DNA of 64,000 bases. It comes from Okamejei kenojei (taxonomy: Eukaryota). Positions 1 to 14,028 of this stretch are shown here, in pieces. Numbering within the stretch: position 1 is the first letter of the stretch; every line of letters starts with the position of its first letter. The notes beneath the pieces are model-generated. The model was given only the letters and a program-made list of their open reading frames with translations. It ran no database searches and was not told the origin of the DNA. The stretch lies in NCBI GenBank assembly GCA_035221665.1, contig CM069156.1, positions 22,320,001 to 22,384,000 on the forward strand. The letters are read 5' to 3'. The translations under genes were made by a program, and so were the position numbers.

Positions 1-94
1 ACCTGAAGTTAGATAATTTGGTGTTAGTACTACTTGAATTGTAGACTACCTAGGCAGAATACGAGGTGATGTCTCCAAAGAGACTAAGTGCATA

Positions 95-383
95 GGGTGG
101 CACAGTGGTAGAGTTGCTGACTTATAGTGTCAGAGACACAGGTTTGATCCTGACAATGGGTGCTGACTGTACAGAATTCGTATGTCATCTCTGTGACCAT
201 GTGAGTTATCTCCAGGTGTTTCGGTTTCCTTCCACATTCCAAAGACGTGCAGGTGTGTAGGTTAATTGGCTTCTATAAATTGTCCCTAGTTTATAGGGTA
301 GAACTAGTGGACGGGTGATCACTGGTTGGCTTGGACTCGGTAGGCCAAAGGTCCTGTTTCCATGCAGTATCTCTAATTAAACA
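95..383 (+). mobile_element. tRNA-derived V-SINE (HE1-like), degenerate
   Basis: tRNA-like head (GGCACAGTGGTAGAG...GGTTTGATCCTG), V-domain-like core (GGTTTCCTTCCACATTCCAAAGACGTGCAGG) and CR1-like tail (GGCCAAAGGTCCTGTTTCCATGCAGTATCTCTAA). Several related copies occur in the window. Confidence 0.75.
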
Positions 384-3300
384 CTGGTAGGGGCATGGCA
401 AGTGAAATGTGTGATCATCCACTTTGGTTTAAAAAAGAATAAAGGCGGAATTCTTATTAAATGATGAGTTTGTCTTTGAAGAACTGTATCATTGCCCCAG
501 AATCACTGACAGTTATTCGTTGGTTACAGTAATTAGTTAGGGAAGGAATGCTAGCCTTTATTGGAAGAGAATTTGATTGCAAGAGTAAAAACATGTTATA
601 ATTGTACAGAGCCTGGAGAAGTAGCTGGAACATTCTGTCCAGGTCTGATCTCTTTACCCAAGGAAAGACATACTTGTGGTATAGGGAACTAATGTGGTAT
701 AGGGAATGTTCACTAAATTGATTTCTGTAATTGCAGCATGTTGGCTTGCGAGGATAGATTAGTGGAGTGGGCCTAGATTTGTCTTTTCGCTGTGCCAGGA
801 AAATCTGAGATATTGCTCTTGGAGCCCTAAAATTACATTCCTGTTTCTTTCTCATAAATTGAAGCATTTGGGATTAGTCCTATTTCTTCTGTGCACTGCC
901 ACCAGTGTTTGCCGCCTCAGTTTTTGAGTAAACAGAGCTGACGTATACGGTACTTGTTCTAAACGTGCTTATCTATGGTTTGTTTGAATCATTGCTCTCT
1001 TTGTTTCAGTCGTAGAATGAAACAAAGAGAACAAATGAAACATTGTGATTGCCTTCAATTTTTCTGCTGTGCATTGATTAAAAATTATTTTGTCTTTTAA
1101 GACACTTAGATGTGTGTCAGTATTGCTTATTGAGTTGTAAGAATTAACGGGAGATGGTCTTACAACCTGCTTTTTTAAATTTAACATCAGGCTTGTTTTT
1201 CTTCTTTTGCTGCCACTTTTCTTCACTAAATCCCATGTATTTTTCCTTTAATATTCAAAAGTCTATCAATCTCAAAGTTGAATATACTAAGCCACCACAG
1301 CTCTCAGGGGAGAATTGCATAAATTCCCTATGGTTGAAAGAATATTGATCCCTTGTGTTGGGACTGGAACCTGTTGTTCTAGACATCCTGTCCAGAGAAA
1401 GGATAAACATACTTTCTTGTAGAAGCCTTCCAACTTGATTAGCAATTAACTTTTGACATTCTCTGGTTGAAGATGTTGCTCATATCTTTTTGTGAGATAC
1501 CTGGTTTTGACCCAATTTAAATCTTTTTATTCAATGTATTTATGACGACTTAATTTACTACTTTGTGGTTGGATAATCTAAAATAGAGAAAAATACCTTT
1601 TATCTTTGCATTATTTTTCCTTTGATTTTAAGTTATTTAAACTGCCTTTAAACCAGCCTTGAAGGTTCTAAAATCGCATTTACCTTTTTAGATTTATATC
1701 TTCAAAATATTGCACTTAGCCTCCACTGAAATATTGGACGTATCTAATTCTAAACTATTTTCTTTACATTCCCTTAAGGGCTTATTTCGTTTTCTGTGCT
1801 TCTATTCTTTGATATTTGAATATCAGATCATGTTAATATTGATCCTTTGGTTACTGTTTCTCAAGACTTTGTTTCCTACATATTGTCAGGATAATGACAC
1901 GAAACTGTTGAAGGTCAGCACCATCTTTTGTAGCTTCCTTGGAGCACTGGTCATGAAGTATTCACGCATTGTATTTACCTGCACGTAGTTCAATTGTGTT
2001 CAAAGTGACATGGCATTGTTCCATGGCTCTTGGGACTTTGGTATGCTTTGATATGTTTAAACGTGTGTGTAATTGGCTTCGTAACTCACCGCAACGTGGA
2101 TTACTGCGAAAGTAAATGTATGTTAACGATGGACTCTAAAGCACTGATCACCGCATATTTTGCAGACACTGAAGTCTTGTGAAAATGTTTTTGTTTTTAA
2201 AACTGTTGCATCAAAAAATCTGGAAATGATCCTGTTATACTGATTTGTCTCATCCTGCTCCAACACTAATTCCTGTTGTGAGTTTTCTTAAATTTTTTCG
2301 AGCTATGTCCTTCAACTACTATTTTGTACCAAGTACCTCAATCCAACTGTTTAGTAAAGAAGGGAGGGTTGCGTTTATGAACTATTATCTTGTAGTCTAC
2401 CAACCCATTCCCCAACTTGCCAAGTTCAAATTATCATCTTTATAACATAACATAACATAACAAATACTCTATTAATCCTCTTATTCAGGGGAAATTCAGA
2501 TTTCCCCTGAATTATATCCACACAGTTGAACCATTTCATCATTTTAATGCCTGCAAGGGTCACCACTGTGTGTTCTATTCGAAAAGTGATTTTTGATTCC
2601 AATATTTTCTAATTGCTGATGACCTTGTGTAATGTTTGTAAATCTGAGTTATTTCAGTGGCTTTGATAATCTTTTTGTGAAATTGAAATTGTACATAACA
2701 TGCAAGGTTACAGAACCTTAGTGTAAACTTAGTCTGGAAATAGCCCCATTACCTATACGTGTGGCTTCATTATGCAGTGATTTGGAAAAAATAATTTAAC
2801 TGAATAATTAACAAATAATAATTTGTCCCCATTTCTTTACTCCATAGATAGACTAGTTTCCCAATGAGTAAATGGTCTCCTTATTCCTCCTTCCAAAATT
2901 ATTTGCATACTTGTCTGCATGTAAAACAAATTTTCATTTTTCAGCCTTTACCATTTATTAACTGTACTAATTTGTTTTGTACCCCAAATCTTCAAATTAT
3001 TTCTGGCTCCCAAGTTCAAATTAAAAATGTAAAATATGAATAATAATGATTTAATAGATGATTATTTTTAGTATTGGCAAATTCTGTGGAATGTGCCAAC
3101 CTGCATAACATGTCCCATCCATTTATTTAACAAAGTAGATCTCCACAACTAAATTTCAAACATTTGCTTTTAGCTATTTGTAATCAATTTTATTTGTACC
3201 CAGTCTCCAGTCTAGCAACTGATATCCTTTTAATGTCCACATCTTTTATTTTCACAGCATTTCCCTTTTTTAATTCTGAATATTGTATAAGACAAGCCAT

Positions 3301-3614
3301 CTTTGTAAGCCTTGACCATAGGATACAAATATGAGTGTTGCGACACTGGCATCTTTTTTCATTTTCTATTTTATTGTCTGGTGTTTTTGCATACATAAGA
3401 TATTAATACAGAAGAAAGGTCTAGGTATTTCAGCAGTACACTGTTGCAGAAAGCATGTATAATGAATGTTGTGACCACCATTTTAAGATGCCCGATTGCT
3501 AATCCTATTTGTTTTGCTGGCAACTAACACATTTTTAAAATGATCTGTACTTTTTTTTTTTAAATCACAAATTTGAAAAAATCAAAAAATTGTACTTTTT
3601 TTTTCTACTGACAG

Positions 3615-3738
3615 GTGTGAAAAAGGAGTTATGTCACTGGTTAATGTTAGGAACTGTATTCGCTTTTATCAGACTGCAGAGGAGCTGAATGCTGTTGCAT
3701 TATTGAACTACTGTTCTGAAATCATAGCCAGCCATTGG
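3615..3738 (+). CDS. ANKFY1: ANKFY1 (rabankyrin-5) coding exon, first in window (BTB/BACK region); upstream exons lie outside the window
   Basis: acag| ... TGG|gtgagt; encodes CEKGVMSLVNVRNCIRFYQTAEELNAVALLNYCSEIIASHW; 124 bp. Confidence 0.93.
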
Positions 3739-6700
3739 GTGAGTTAAAGGATGACAATAACTTGTATTAAGCAGCACCTTCAATGTGGAGAAATGTCTGA
3801 AAGTAGCATTTGAGGAATAATACTTGATGCATGTAAGATATGTTTTGTGATTCATCTCTAGAATATTTTTTTGTATTTGTTTTGACATAATGCTCATTTA
3901 CTGACAAGTTTGTGATTTTTAATTGTCAAATTGTGTAAAGCTGCTTTTGTTGTGACATTAACAATTTTTACACAAAATAAGCCCAATGGCCGACTTGGAA
4001 ATCTTGTGCCTCATTTGAGACTTAACCTGCTGCAAATCTGCATCGGTTGATTTAGTTGTTACTTTCTCTTTGGGTACAACTTCAAATGAGAAACGGGTCT
4101 TCCAGCAACATTCCTAACTTTCACAAGTCTACGGTATTGAAGTGCTAGTGCGGAACATGAACACGTTTAGCAATGCAGCACGTTCAGGATAATGAAAACC
4201 TGTCCATTTGGAGAGTTTACTTTGGTGCACCTGATGAGTGAGTTAGTTTTGGGTGCTGGCTGTCATCACTGCAAATGTATTCTGAATGTTGAAGTGAGGT
4301 CTGTTTTAAATTTACAGCTTTATGAATAAAGTTTTGGAGTTTTTTCAATAAATTGGAGCTTAATAGTTCCCCCCCCCCTCCCCCCCCATTAAATTCTCAT
4401 TGAACCATATAATCTTAGGAGGTGGCTGACTTACTCTCATTTGCTGAGATAGTTTTTCAACTATAACAATGGTAACTAGTTTTGCCTACCAATTCCCTTT
4501 AGGAAAAAGTTGTTTTTGGATGAAATGTCATATCGATGGGCCAAATCCTCCCACCTTCCCACTATTAATATGTATTATAATATTAATTATTGGGTCATTC
4601 ATATATTTACTTTTTCATGCCCTTGTGGCAACAAATTCTTTGCCGTATCCGAAAGTTCATTCCGTATGCAGTTATGTGTTTGAAAATCACTATACAGAAT
4701 ACACCAGTATTTCAACGGTCCAGTTACTGTAGAATAACCGTGTGGTGGTGAATGCCGGTTATATTTACCACCATGACTAGCATTGTGACATGTGTAGCCT
4801 GGCTGTGCTGATGGTAAAACATTGCTGGAAAAATTCTTGGCACACACCATCTGTGGAGACATGCAGTGCTAGCATTTCAGTCCAATGGCTTCCGTGATCT
4901 ACAATGTCTGCAATATTTTTCAGAATATTTGACTGGAGGAAAGCACTATTGTGAACAAATTTATTTTTACCACTAAACTATTACTTTAATGTATCTGTTG
5001 GATAACAGAATCTGATGGCAATAAATAGAAACCTGTTTTTTTTTTTTCGTGTGTGATTCCACACACGACTTGTGAAATCCAATTTATAGTCTCTCCAGCA
5101 GCAGAATTTTACTGATTATCTTGGTGAACAATAATAATGACTTGATCAACATGAGGGCTTCATGATATGGGCTATAATAATATTCCTCTCTCGGACCCTT
5201 CTTTATCCACCCAAGCTGTGTCTCCATTCCCTGAGACTGGTCACCAATCCCTATCCTGCAACCGAAGCTCATTGTTCAAGCTCCCTCTTAATAGTTTGAC
5301 ACCTTTTTTTTCACCTTCCTTGAATATCTTCTGTCCAGCTTTAAATGCCTTTTTAAAGTAATTCTCCCGATCAATGTCATTCTCCTGATTGTGTTGCATT
5401 TTGTCCTTTATGATTAATAGTCATAAAATTGATAGTCACATGCCATAGAACCGCCCACTTCTGCCAACTCATCCATGCCGAACAAAATGCCGAAACCAAG
5501 CAAGTTCCATCCTGTAGAAATATTACTTGCAGAAAACTTTCATATATATTAGGAGCTGAATGAAAAGATCATAATAAATATCCTACAACATCAGTCTCTT
5601 AACCACATTTGATTGTTATGATTAATGAAGGGTTGTTATCTTTTTACTGCAATAAACACCAGTAATACATTAAAATTATATTTCAAAAAATAATTAGACT
5701 ACTCAATCTTTGTCCAGTTGAAAGCCAACCCTGAGCTCGGATTGTAGCAGGGACTCCGTCAAAGTTCTCCATTCTACTACTAAAGTCCCTGCTACAATTG
5801 CTGTGGAATAACAACTGGGTACATGTTTTTTTAGAAGGGAGAAGTATGGGTAGAAGTAACCAAGGCCCAGTGACAGACAATAAGGGTCTACTCCTGTGAC
5901 CAAAACCTGAGGTTATTTTGATTCTGTGCCAACGTTTTGGACATAAGCTCAGGCTCAGCATTGGGTTTGGTGTAGTTCCCTTGGTACTGGGAATTATGGT
6001 AACTGGTTTCACCAAGGTCTGTAGCTCCTTCCAGATTTGTGTCGGGATTAAATCATATTATTCTTATTACCATAACTGTTATCAGAACTAATTGTCATTG
6101 GCCCAGAACGTTAAATCTTTGTCTACAGATGCTACCTGACCTGTTGAGTATTTCCAGTGTTCTGTTTTAATTCTGGATCAGTTATTAGCACCCACACAGG
6201 TTGAGAGTGAGGGGCATTCGTGTCTAGCACTGTCTGCCCAACCTCGCAACTCTTCCCTGCAATATCTTATCCCAAAAATACTATTCATAGTATTTAACTT
6301 GAGTAACAGTTGCCAGGATACGAGCCTATGAGTCCTGACCCAAAGTGTTACTTATCCATGTTCTCCAAGGATGCTGCACGACCTGCTGAGTTACTCCAGC
6401 ATTTTTTGTCTTTCTTTGGTAAACCAGCATCTTCAGTTCCTTGTTTCTACTAAGATACTGGGCTAGTTATCAAAAGCAGAGGGAATAAATTTGGGGATGT
6501 GTCTGAGGCTGGAATTAAAAGAAAACAATATTCCAAATCCCGGAGCATGTTGTGGAGTCCAGGGCAAATCCCTTGAATGATTTGAGCATGTGTATTTTAA
6601 ATTACGTAATTGAAGATTATAAAGCCAGAGCATTTTCCATTGGGCCATTCAAGCATATTCTTTTTCTGGTGTTTAACAGTGTGACTAATGCTGTCATTGT

Positions 6701-6782
6701 CAGTTATTTTGTTAGTTGCTCTTTGGGCTACTTAGCTATCACCCTATGTTGTCAACTAAAAACTATTTCTGTATTTATCTAG

Positions 6783-6932
6783 GATGATCTACAGAAGGAT
6801 GACTTCAGCAGCATGACTGCTCCTTTGTTATACAAAATGATTAAATCAAAAACCGAGTACCCTTTGCATAAAGCTATCAAAGTAGAAAGGGAAGATGTTG
6901 TATTTCTCCACCTTATTGCGATGGACTCTCAG
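6783..6932 (+). CDS. ANKFY1: ANKFY1 coding exon
   Basis: ctag| DDLQKDDFSSMTAPLLYKMIKSKTEYPLHKAIKVEREDVVFLHLIAMDSQ |gtaaaa; 150 bp, phase 0-0. Confidence 0.93.
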
Positions 6933-7117
6933 GTAAAAGCATTGTTAATCAAAATGCCTTAAGCACAAGTATATCCTGGGTTTTTGACTGTTTATCTTAA
7001 TTATCAAGCTTCATGTATGTAGCATTGAGGAATAATAATAGCTGTAACGAGTGCATTTTGCAGTAGATGATCAGGATATGAACTGGAACTGCACTGCACA
7101 TTGCTGCAGAAGTGGAG

Positions 7118-7300
7118 AGGCAAATGGTGTAAGTGGGAGGGAGAGCTGCCGCCTCACAACTCTAGAGACCCAAGTTCAGTCGTGACCTTGGGTGCTGTCT
7201 GTGTGTTTTCATCAGGTGGCCCGATTTCCTCCCATATACCAAACCCATGCGGGTTGGCTGCTGCAGATTGTGCCTGGTGCATAGGCGAGTGGTAAATCTG
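7118..7300 (+). mobile_element. V-SINE (HE1-like), degenerate partial copy
   Basis: GAGCTGCCGCCTCACAACTCTAGAGACCCAAGTTC...GGTGCTGTCTGTGTG...GATTTCCTCCCATATACCAAA resembles the copy at 95-383. Confidence 0.6.
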
Positions 7301-7852
7301 GTGGAGATGGTGGGCAAATGGGAACTCGATGGTTGGCGAAGAAGAGATGGGCAGAAGAGCGCCTGTATGTCCTCTGTTGCTCAAGTTGTTAATGAATTGA
7401 GATTTAACCCAGCACATGCAAATGAAACTTTGGTAAAGTTTATCCCAAGTAAAATTTTGTTTCAAAAATGCCCCGGGTTTCTTTTATCTTCAGGAACTGC
7501 TTACATTTGTGGAATTGTGGTTGGAGTCTATATGTTCCCATTATGTGATACTTATATGCAAGGCTGCTGATAATCCGTCTTGGTTTGTTGGTTTGTGCTT
7601 TGTACGTCACAAAGCAATAGTACTTAAATTGCAAAATTCTGAATCTAACAGATCCGACTGGTCGGTGCTGACACATAAGCAAATAGAATGGAGCTCATTT
7701 GGGAACAGATTTTTGGCTTTTTAAAAGGGATTTGCTATGTACATCGAGCTTGTGTTTAGTAACAGCACCAGCAGTGATCTTTGGCCAATTTGATTTAGCA
7801 ATGTTGAGGCTTTTCTGCAGACTGTTCACTACAGTTTTTTATTAATCTACAG

Positions 7853-8018
7853 TTACCTGGCAAACTAAATGAACTTGACGATAATGGAGACCTGGCCTTG
7901 GATCTGGCTCTCTCTCGACGGCTAGAGAGTATTGCGACAACGCTGGTTAATAACAAAGCAGATGTTGACATGGTGGATAAGACTGGCTGGAGTTTGCTTC
8001 ACAAAGCTATCCAACGAG
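7853..8018 (+). CDS. ANKFY1: ANKFY1 coding exon (ankyrin repeats)
   Basis: acag| LPGKLNELDDNGDLALDLALSRRLESIATTLVNNKADVDMVDKTGWSLLHKAIQR G|gtaaag; 166 bp. Confidence 0.93.
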
Positions 8019-8704
8019 GTAAAGTGATAGCAAACAAATGAAGCTCCATGAGTTGATGGGTTGGATGTTCAGAGTTTCATCTGATTTTCAGCTTGGTCCC
8101 CATGGGATGATTTGTCAATCAACTTCATATAGAACTGGCGTAGTGAATGTGGGCCTTTCTGGTTTAGCATTTACTTGTTTATACTGCAAAAGCGAAATAA
8201 GTTTTAATTGTGAAATACAATCAAAATGGTAGCAACATGGTAAGCAAGAATGGAGACAAAGTTAATCTTTCAGTTTTCTTTTAATCAAAACTAAATAAAG
8301 CTGGTGATGATGGGTTTTAAATATGTACAGAAGGAATGCAAGGGCTGAGGGGAAGAAAGAACAAAAGGGAAAATCTGAAATGAGACGGGTGAGATTAAAT
8401 GATGACAGAGAAAAGCAGCATTGAATAAATCAATTTAAAACTATTTATTTACAGCAACTGCTCTTCAAGAAAATGGGGCCAGTGACTATTTTCAAGGATT
8501 GTTGTAATTGTAGAATGTGCCAATTCTAGAAATCTTTTCCTAAAGTTCAAGTTTTGTAATTCCAATCAAGAACCTATTTTCTCCATTATTTCTATTAAGG
8601 GTGCCTGGATCAGCTGCTTCTAGTTACGGTAGCTCTAGAGTGTTTTGTTAAAATTGGATTGAACAAAATGAACAACTAGCTCTGGGACTGCACAATAATG
8701 CTAT

Positions 8705-9105
8705 ATAGAAGACTGAGGGGGGATCTTATAGAAACTTACAAAATTCTTAAGGGGTTGGATAGGCTAGATGCAGGAAGATTGTTCCCGATGTTGGGGAGGT
8801 CCAGAGCAAGGGGTCACAGTCTAAAGATAAGGGGGAATTCCTTTAGGACCGAGATGAGGAAAACATTTTTCACAGAGAGTGGTGAGTCTCTGGAATTATC
8901 TGCCACAGAAGGTAGTTGAGGCCAGTTCATTGGCTATATTTAAGGGAGTTAGATGTGGCCCTTGTGGCTAAAGGGATCAGGGGGTATGGAGATAAGGCAG
9001 GTACAGGATACTGAGTTGGATGATCAGCCATGATCATATTGAATGGTGGTGCAGGCTCGAAGGGCCGAATGACCTACTCCAGCACCTAATTTCTATGTTT
9101 CTATG
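8705..9105 (+). mobile_element. CR1-clade (HER1-like) LINE 3' end
   Basis: RRLRGDLIETYKILKGLDRLDAGRLFP C-terminal ORF2 motif; ends in (TTTCTATG)n tail; same family as 11788-14028. Confidence 0.9.
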
Positions 9106-9689
9106 AAGTATCAAGAAATAATCCTTTCAATTTTATTGCGCAAAGCTGTAACTCGGGGATTATTGCTGACTATAAACCCAGAGATGCTTTGCATGATTCT
9201 TTTCAAATCTCCTTGGTCTACTCCAAGTTTAATAAATGTGACAGTTAGGTTGCACTAGAAAAATATCGGTGAAAGCTTGTTAAACACCCACTGGTTCTTC
9301 AGTATCATTCAGAGCTGGAAGACCAGCATCCTTGCTGGAGGCTTTACATTTGGTTGCAGACCGACTCTGGAGTAATCTCTGCATGTCGCTGAACAGCTGA
9401 AAAAAGGCAATTCCCAACAACAGAGGGCTGGAATTTTAAAATTCTTCTTCTCGTTTTATAGTCCCTTTTTTTTCACACAATGTACATTTGTATATTTGCA
9501 CACAATGTACATTTTCAATTGTGTGACCATGTGTTGTATATTTGCAAGTATGCACTACCTCGTACGTGCACTAACTCAATACGTGGCTCCAAGAGAAATT
9601 TGGTGATTACTATTCTCGGTCCTGCTTTTTAACTTTTTGCATAGCTCCACTGTATTCATTCTACAGCACCTCATTCATTTCCCTACCTA

Positions 9690-10450
9690 TGTCATTGTGC
9701 TAATGTGGACAACAACTTCCAACTGCTTGCACTCCCCTTTGACAATGTTCTGCAGCTGCTGAGATATCATGAACCCCAATTTCAGGGAGACAACACGCCA
9801 TCCTGGAGTCTCTGTTGTCACATAATCCACTATCTGTCCCACTAACTGGTCTCCTATCACTCTGCCTGTCTTCACACTTCTTTACAGTGCCTTAGAATCA
9901 GGCCTGATGCAACAGATCTGACCACAGCTGAGCTCCCCTGATCCAAAGGGGCATACATGTTGAAATGGGGAATGATCATGGGGCATTGCTGCACTCTCTG
10001 GCTACTCCCTTTCCTGGTAGGAAAATCTACATTTTGTCCATATCCAAGGCGTGACCACCTCACTGCCTACTACTATCACTGCCTCAGTCTCCCAGATAAT
10101 CTTGAGGTTGTCCAACTGCTGTTCCCTTTCCCTAACACGGTCTGTATGCTGCTGAACCTTGCACAAGTGTAGTCTTGATTTCCCACATCCTGCAGGAGGC
10201 GCATACCACTGTCCAAGTTCAAGAACACCAAGAAAGATTTATGAAAAAAGGAAAAATCACAGACCGTACCTTATCCTGCTGTCACCCTCTGTGCCAAAGC
10301 CTCACACTTACACCCCCCCCCCACATGGCTGCTCCAGTGTTGTCTGCCTTCTTTCTAGACATCCACAAGGAGCAGTCACTGGGCAAAATGTAGACCGTGA
10401 CTACCAGGAAAGGGAGTAGCCAGTGTGTGCAGCAATCCCCTGTGACCATA
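9690..10450 (-). mobile_element. Degenerate CR1-like LINE 5'/ORF1 fragments, with an internal inversion
   Basis: Minus-strand remnants (VVVHISTM..., PGWRV) resemble CR1 ORF1 esterase; about 60-bp inverted duplicate at 9981-10040 / 10381-10440. Confidence 0.4.
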
Positions 10451-10976
10451 ACTGCTTTCAGTTGCAAAACAATGTGCCTTGTTAACTGGCTGCTGAATTT
10501 TAAAAGTTCCTGTTGACAGTTGCTCACTGACAGTGACTTTCTGACCTGTTAATATTCTGACCGCCTCCTTGTTTCAGTTGCAACCAGGGAGTGATTGAAA
10601 TGAACCTGATAACAATCCTCTGCTTGCCTTCAGCAAATAGTTTTGCATTAACATTAAAACTTGGTTTGCACATTTCATTTTCTTTTTTTATTGGGTAAAA
10701 AACAGTTTTTTGTTCACCCTTAACATTTTTTAAATGCTCTGCCTGTCTAATACTAGGTTCCAAGGCAAAGTTACACACTGAAAAACGTTATTTGTTGACA
10801 GTTGTCTTTTGCATTTCCTGTATCCTGGTCACATGCAGCATTTGTTTAGGAATGTTGGATTGCAATGTAGCCATGATTTAAAAAAATTGTTGTTCTATCA
10901 CATATTGATCTAAGACGTGCAATGAGTGATGTATGGATTTGAACCTAAACGTGTTTAACTTTTTGTTTAAACCAAG

Positions 10977-11181
10977 GTGATGAATTTTCTGCTAGCTTTT
11001 TGATTCGAAACGGTGCCTGTATAAATGCGGCTACTTTCGGCGAACAGGAGACATCGCTTCACCTTGTGGCCTCGTACAGTTTGAAAAGACACTCGTTGGA
11101 AGCAATGGCAGGAATGGCGCGTATTGCACAAGCACTTTTGGAAGCTTCTGCCAATTCCAATATGCAGGATAGCAAAGGAAG
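10977..11181 (+). CDS. ANKFY1: ANKFY1 coding exon
   Basis: ccaag| (G)DEFSASFLIRNGACINAATFGEQETSLHLVASY...NMQDSKG AG|gtagat; 205 bp. Confidence 0.92.
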
Positions 11182-11787
11182 GTAGATAACCATTGGGATC
11201 GTGTTTCTTTGCGTATTATGCATAGTGAGTGACGACCAGAAAGGTCATTGGAGGGTAAGGAAGAGGGGGCAAGTGTGTAATCCAAATGCTCCCTGCTTAC
11301 TTCATGTAATGGGTTAAACCTGCTGGGATGCAAAGTGATATAATGTAAATCTCATGAACAAATAGTGTGATATATTTTGCAGTGCAGTGGTGACACTGAA
11401 ATATATTGTCCATTTGCCCATTTTACAAATTAAGTTATGAAGTTTGTTTTGGGGGAGGTGGGTGGGGGGGGGGGGTGGGGGTTGTGGCTGGAGTGGTGGA
11501 TGTATAATGCTACCAAATGGTTGAAGAAAAGTTCTGTATTTAATTATGGAGTTCTACGTGCATATTTGACTGCCATTTCAAAACATTAGCATTAAGCAGT
11601 GCTGGTTAACCTAAATAAAAAGTGTCCTTTATTTTGTAGAACTCTGAAGGTATTTCAGAATCTGCTATGCTGTTAGTAGCTGTGCAGAGGTAGGTTTCTA
11701 ATCGAGTTCTGATATAAATGAGCAGAGCCATTTCATCAGGTTAAGTTGGGCTAGCCTGATTTTCTCAATTGGGAGTGTCAAGAATTT

Positions 11788-14028
11788 AGAAACATAGAAA
11801 CATAGAAATTAGGTGCAGGAGTAGGCCATTCAGCCCTTCGAGCCTGCACCGCCATTCAATATGATCATGGCTGATCATCCAACTCAGTATCCCGTACCTG
11901 CCTTCTCTCCATACCCTCTGATCCCCTTAGCCACAAGGGCCACATCCAACTCACTCTTAAATATAGCCAATGAACTGGCCTCAACTACCCTCTGTGGCAG
12001 AGAGTTCCAGAGACTCACCACTCTCTGTGTGAAAAAAAGTCTTTCTCATCTCGGTCTTAAAGGATTTCCCCCTTATCCTTAAGCTGTGACCCCTTGTCCT
12101 GGACTTCCCCAACATCGGGAACAATCTTCCTGCATCTAGCCTGTCCAACCCCTTAAGAATTTTGTAAGTTTCTATAAGATCCCCTCTTAATCTCCTAAAT
12201 TCCAGAGAGTATAAACCGAGTCTATCCAGTCTTTCTTCATAAGACAGTCCTGACATCCAGGAATCAGTCTGGTGAACCTTCTCTGCACTCCCTCTATGGC
12301 AATAATGTCCTTCCTCAGATTTGGAGACCAAAACTGCACGCAATACTCCAGGTGTGGTCTCACCAAGACCCTGTACAACTGAAGTAGAACCTCCCTGCTC
12401 CTGTACTCAAATCCTTTTGCTATGAAAGCTAACATACCATTCGCTTTTTTCACTGCCTGCTGCACCTGCATGCCTACTTTCAATGACTGGTGTACCATGA
12501 CACCCAGGTCTCGCTGCATCTCCCCTTTTCCTAATCGGCCACCATTTAAATAATAGTCTGCTTTCCTGTTTTTGCCACCAAAGTGGATAACCTCACATTT
12601 ATCCACATTATACTGCATCTGCCAAACATTTGCCCACTCACCCAGCTATCCAAGTCACCTTGCAGTCTCCTAGCATCCTCCTCACAGCGAACACTGCCCC
12701 CAGCTTAGTGTCATCCGCAAACTTGGAGATATTTCCTTCAATTCCCTCATCCAGATCATTAATATATATTGTAAATAGCTGGGGTCCCAGCACTGAGCCC
12801 TGCGGTACCCCACTAGTTACTGCCTGCCATTGTGAAAAGGACCCGTTTACTCCTACTCTTTGCTTCCTGTTTGCCAGCCAGTTCTCTATCCACATCAATA
12901 CTGAACCCTAATAACGTATGCTTTAAGTTTGTATACTAATCTCTTATGTGGGACCTTGTCGAAAGCCTTCTGGAAGTCCAGATATACCACATCCACTGGT
13001 TCTCCCTTATCCACGCTACTAGTTACATCCTCGAAAAATTCCACAAGATTCGTCAGACATGATTTACCTTTTGTAAATCCATGCTGACTTTGTCCAATGA
13101 TTTCACCACTTTCCAAATGTGCTGCTATCCATCTTTAATAACTGACTCTAGCAGTTTCCCCACTACCGATGTTAGACTAACTGGTCTGTAATTCCCCGTT
13201 TTCTCTCTCCCTCCCTTCTTAAAAAGAGGGGTTACATTTGCTACCCGCCAATCCTCAGGAACTACTCCAGAATCTAAAGAGTTTTGAAAGATTATCACTA
13301 ATGCATCCACTATTTCCTGAGCTACTTCCTTAAGTACTCTGGGATGCAGCCTATCTGGCCCTGGGGATGTATCGGCCTTTAATCTATTCAATTTACCCAA
13401 CACCACTTCCCGACTGACCTGGATTTCACTCAATTCCTCCTTTGACCCACAGTCCCCTGCTATTTCAGGCAGATTATTTATGTCTTCCTTAGTGAAGACG
13501 GAACCAAAGTAGTTATTCAATTGGTCCGCCATATCCTTGTTCCCCATGATCAACTCACCTGTTTCTGACTGCAAGGGACCTACATTTGTTTTAACTAACC
13601 TCTTTCTCTTCACATATCTATAAAAACTTTTGCAGTCAGTTTTTATGTTCCCTGCCAGTTTTCTTTCATAATCTATTTTTCCTTTCCTAATTAAGCCTTT
13701 GTCCTCCTCTGCTGGTCTCTGAATTTCTCCCAGTCCTCTGGTATGCTGCTTTTTCTGGCTACTTTGTACGCATCATCCTTTGCTTTGATACTATCCCTGA
13801 TTTCCCTTGTTATCCACGGATGCACTACCTTCCCCGATTTATTCTTTTGCCAAACTGGGATGAACAATTTTTGTAGTTCATCCATGCAGTCTTTAAATGT
13901 CTTCCATTGTATATCCACCGTCAACCCTTTTAGAATTAATTGCCAGTCAATCTTGGCCAATTCACGTCTCATACCCTCAAAGTTACCTTTCTTTAAGTTC
14001 AGAACCATTGTTTCTGAATTAACAATGT
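11788..14028 (-). mobile_element. CR1-clade (HER1-like) LINE, 5'-truncated, about 2.2 kb, frameshifted reverse-transcriptase ORF2
   Basis: [56 protein letters not shown] motifs across ORFs 12187-14080; (GAAACATA)n tail at 11788. Confidence 0.96.

Noticed and set aside
95-160. tRNA gene
   Set aside because: The A/B-box-like sequence is the head of a SINE; no complete cloverleaf, and SINE body and tail follow.
4231-4260. CTGATGAG hammerhead-like box (also CTGATGAA at 31244)
   Set aside because: No stem II followed by GAAA; expected by chance.
11451-11485. G-runs as G-quadruplex elements (also 4368-4386, 23737-23750, 35412-35427, 61609-61630)
   Set aside because: Simple homopolymers, several inside repeats and prone to sequencing error; no evidence of function.
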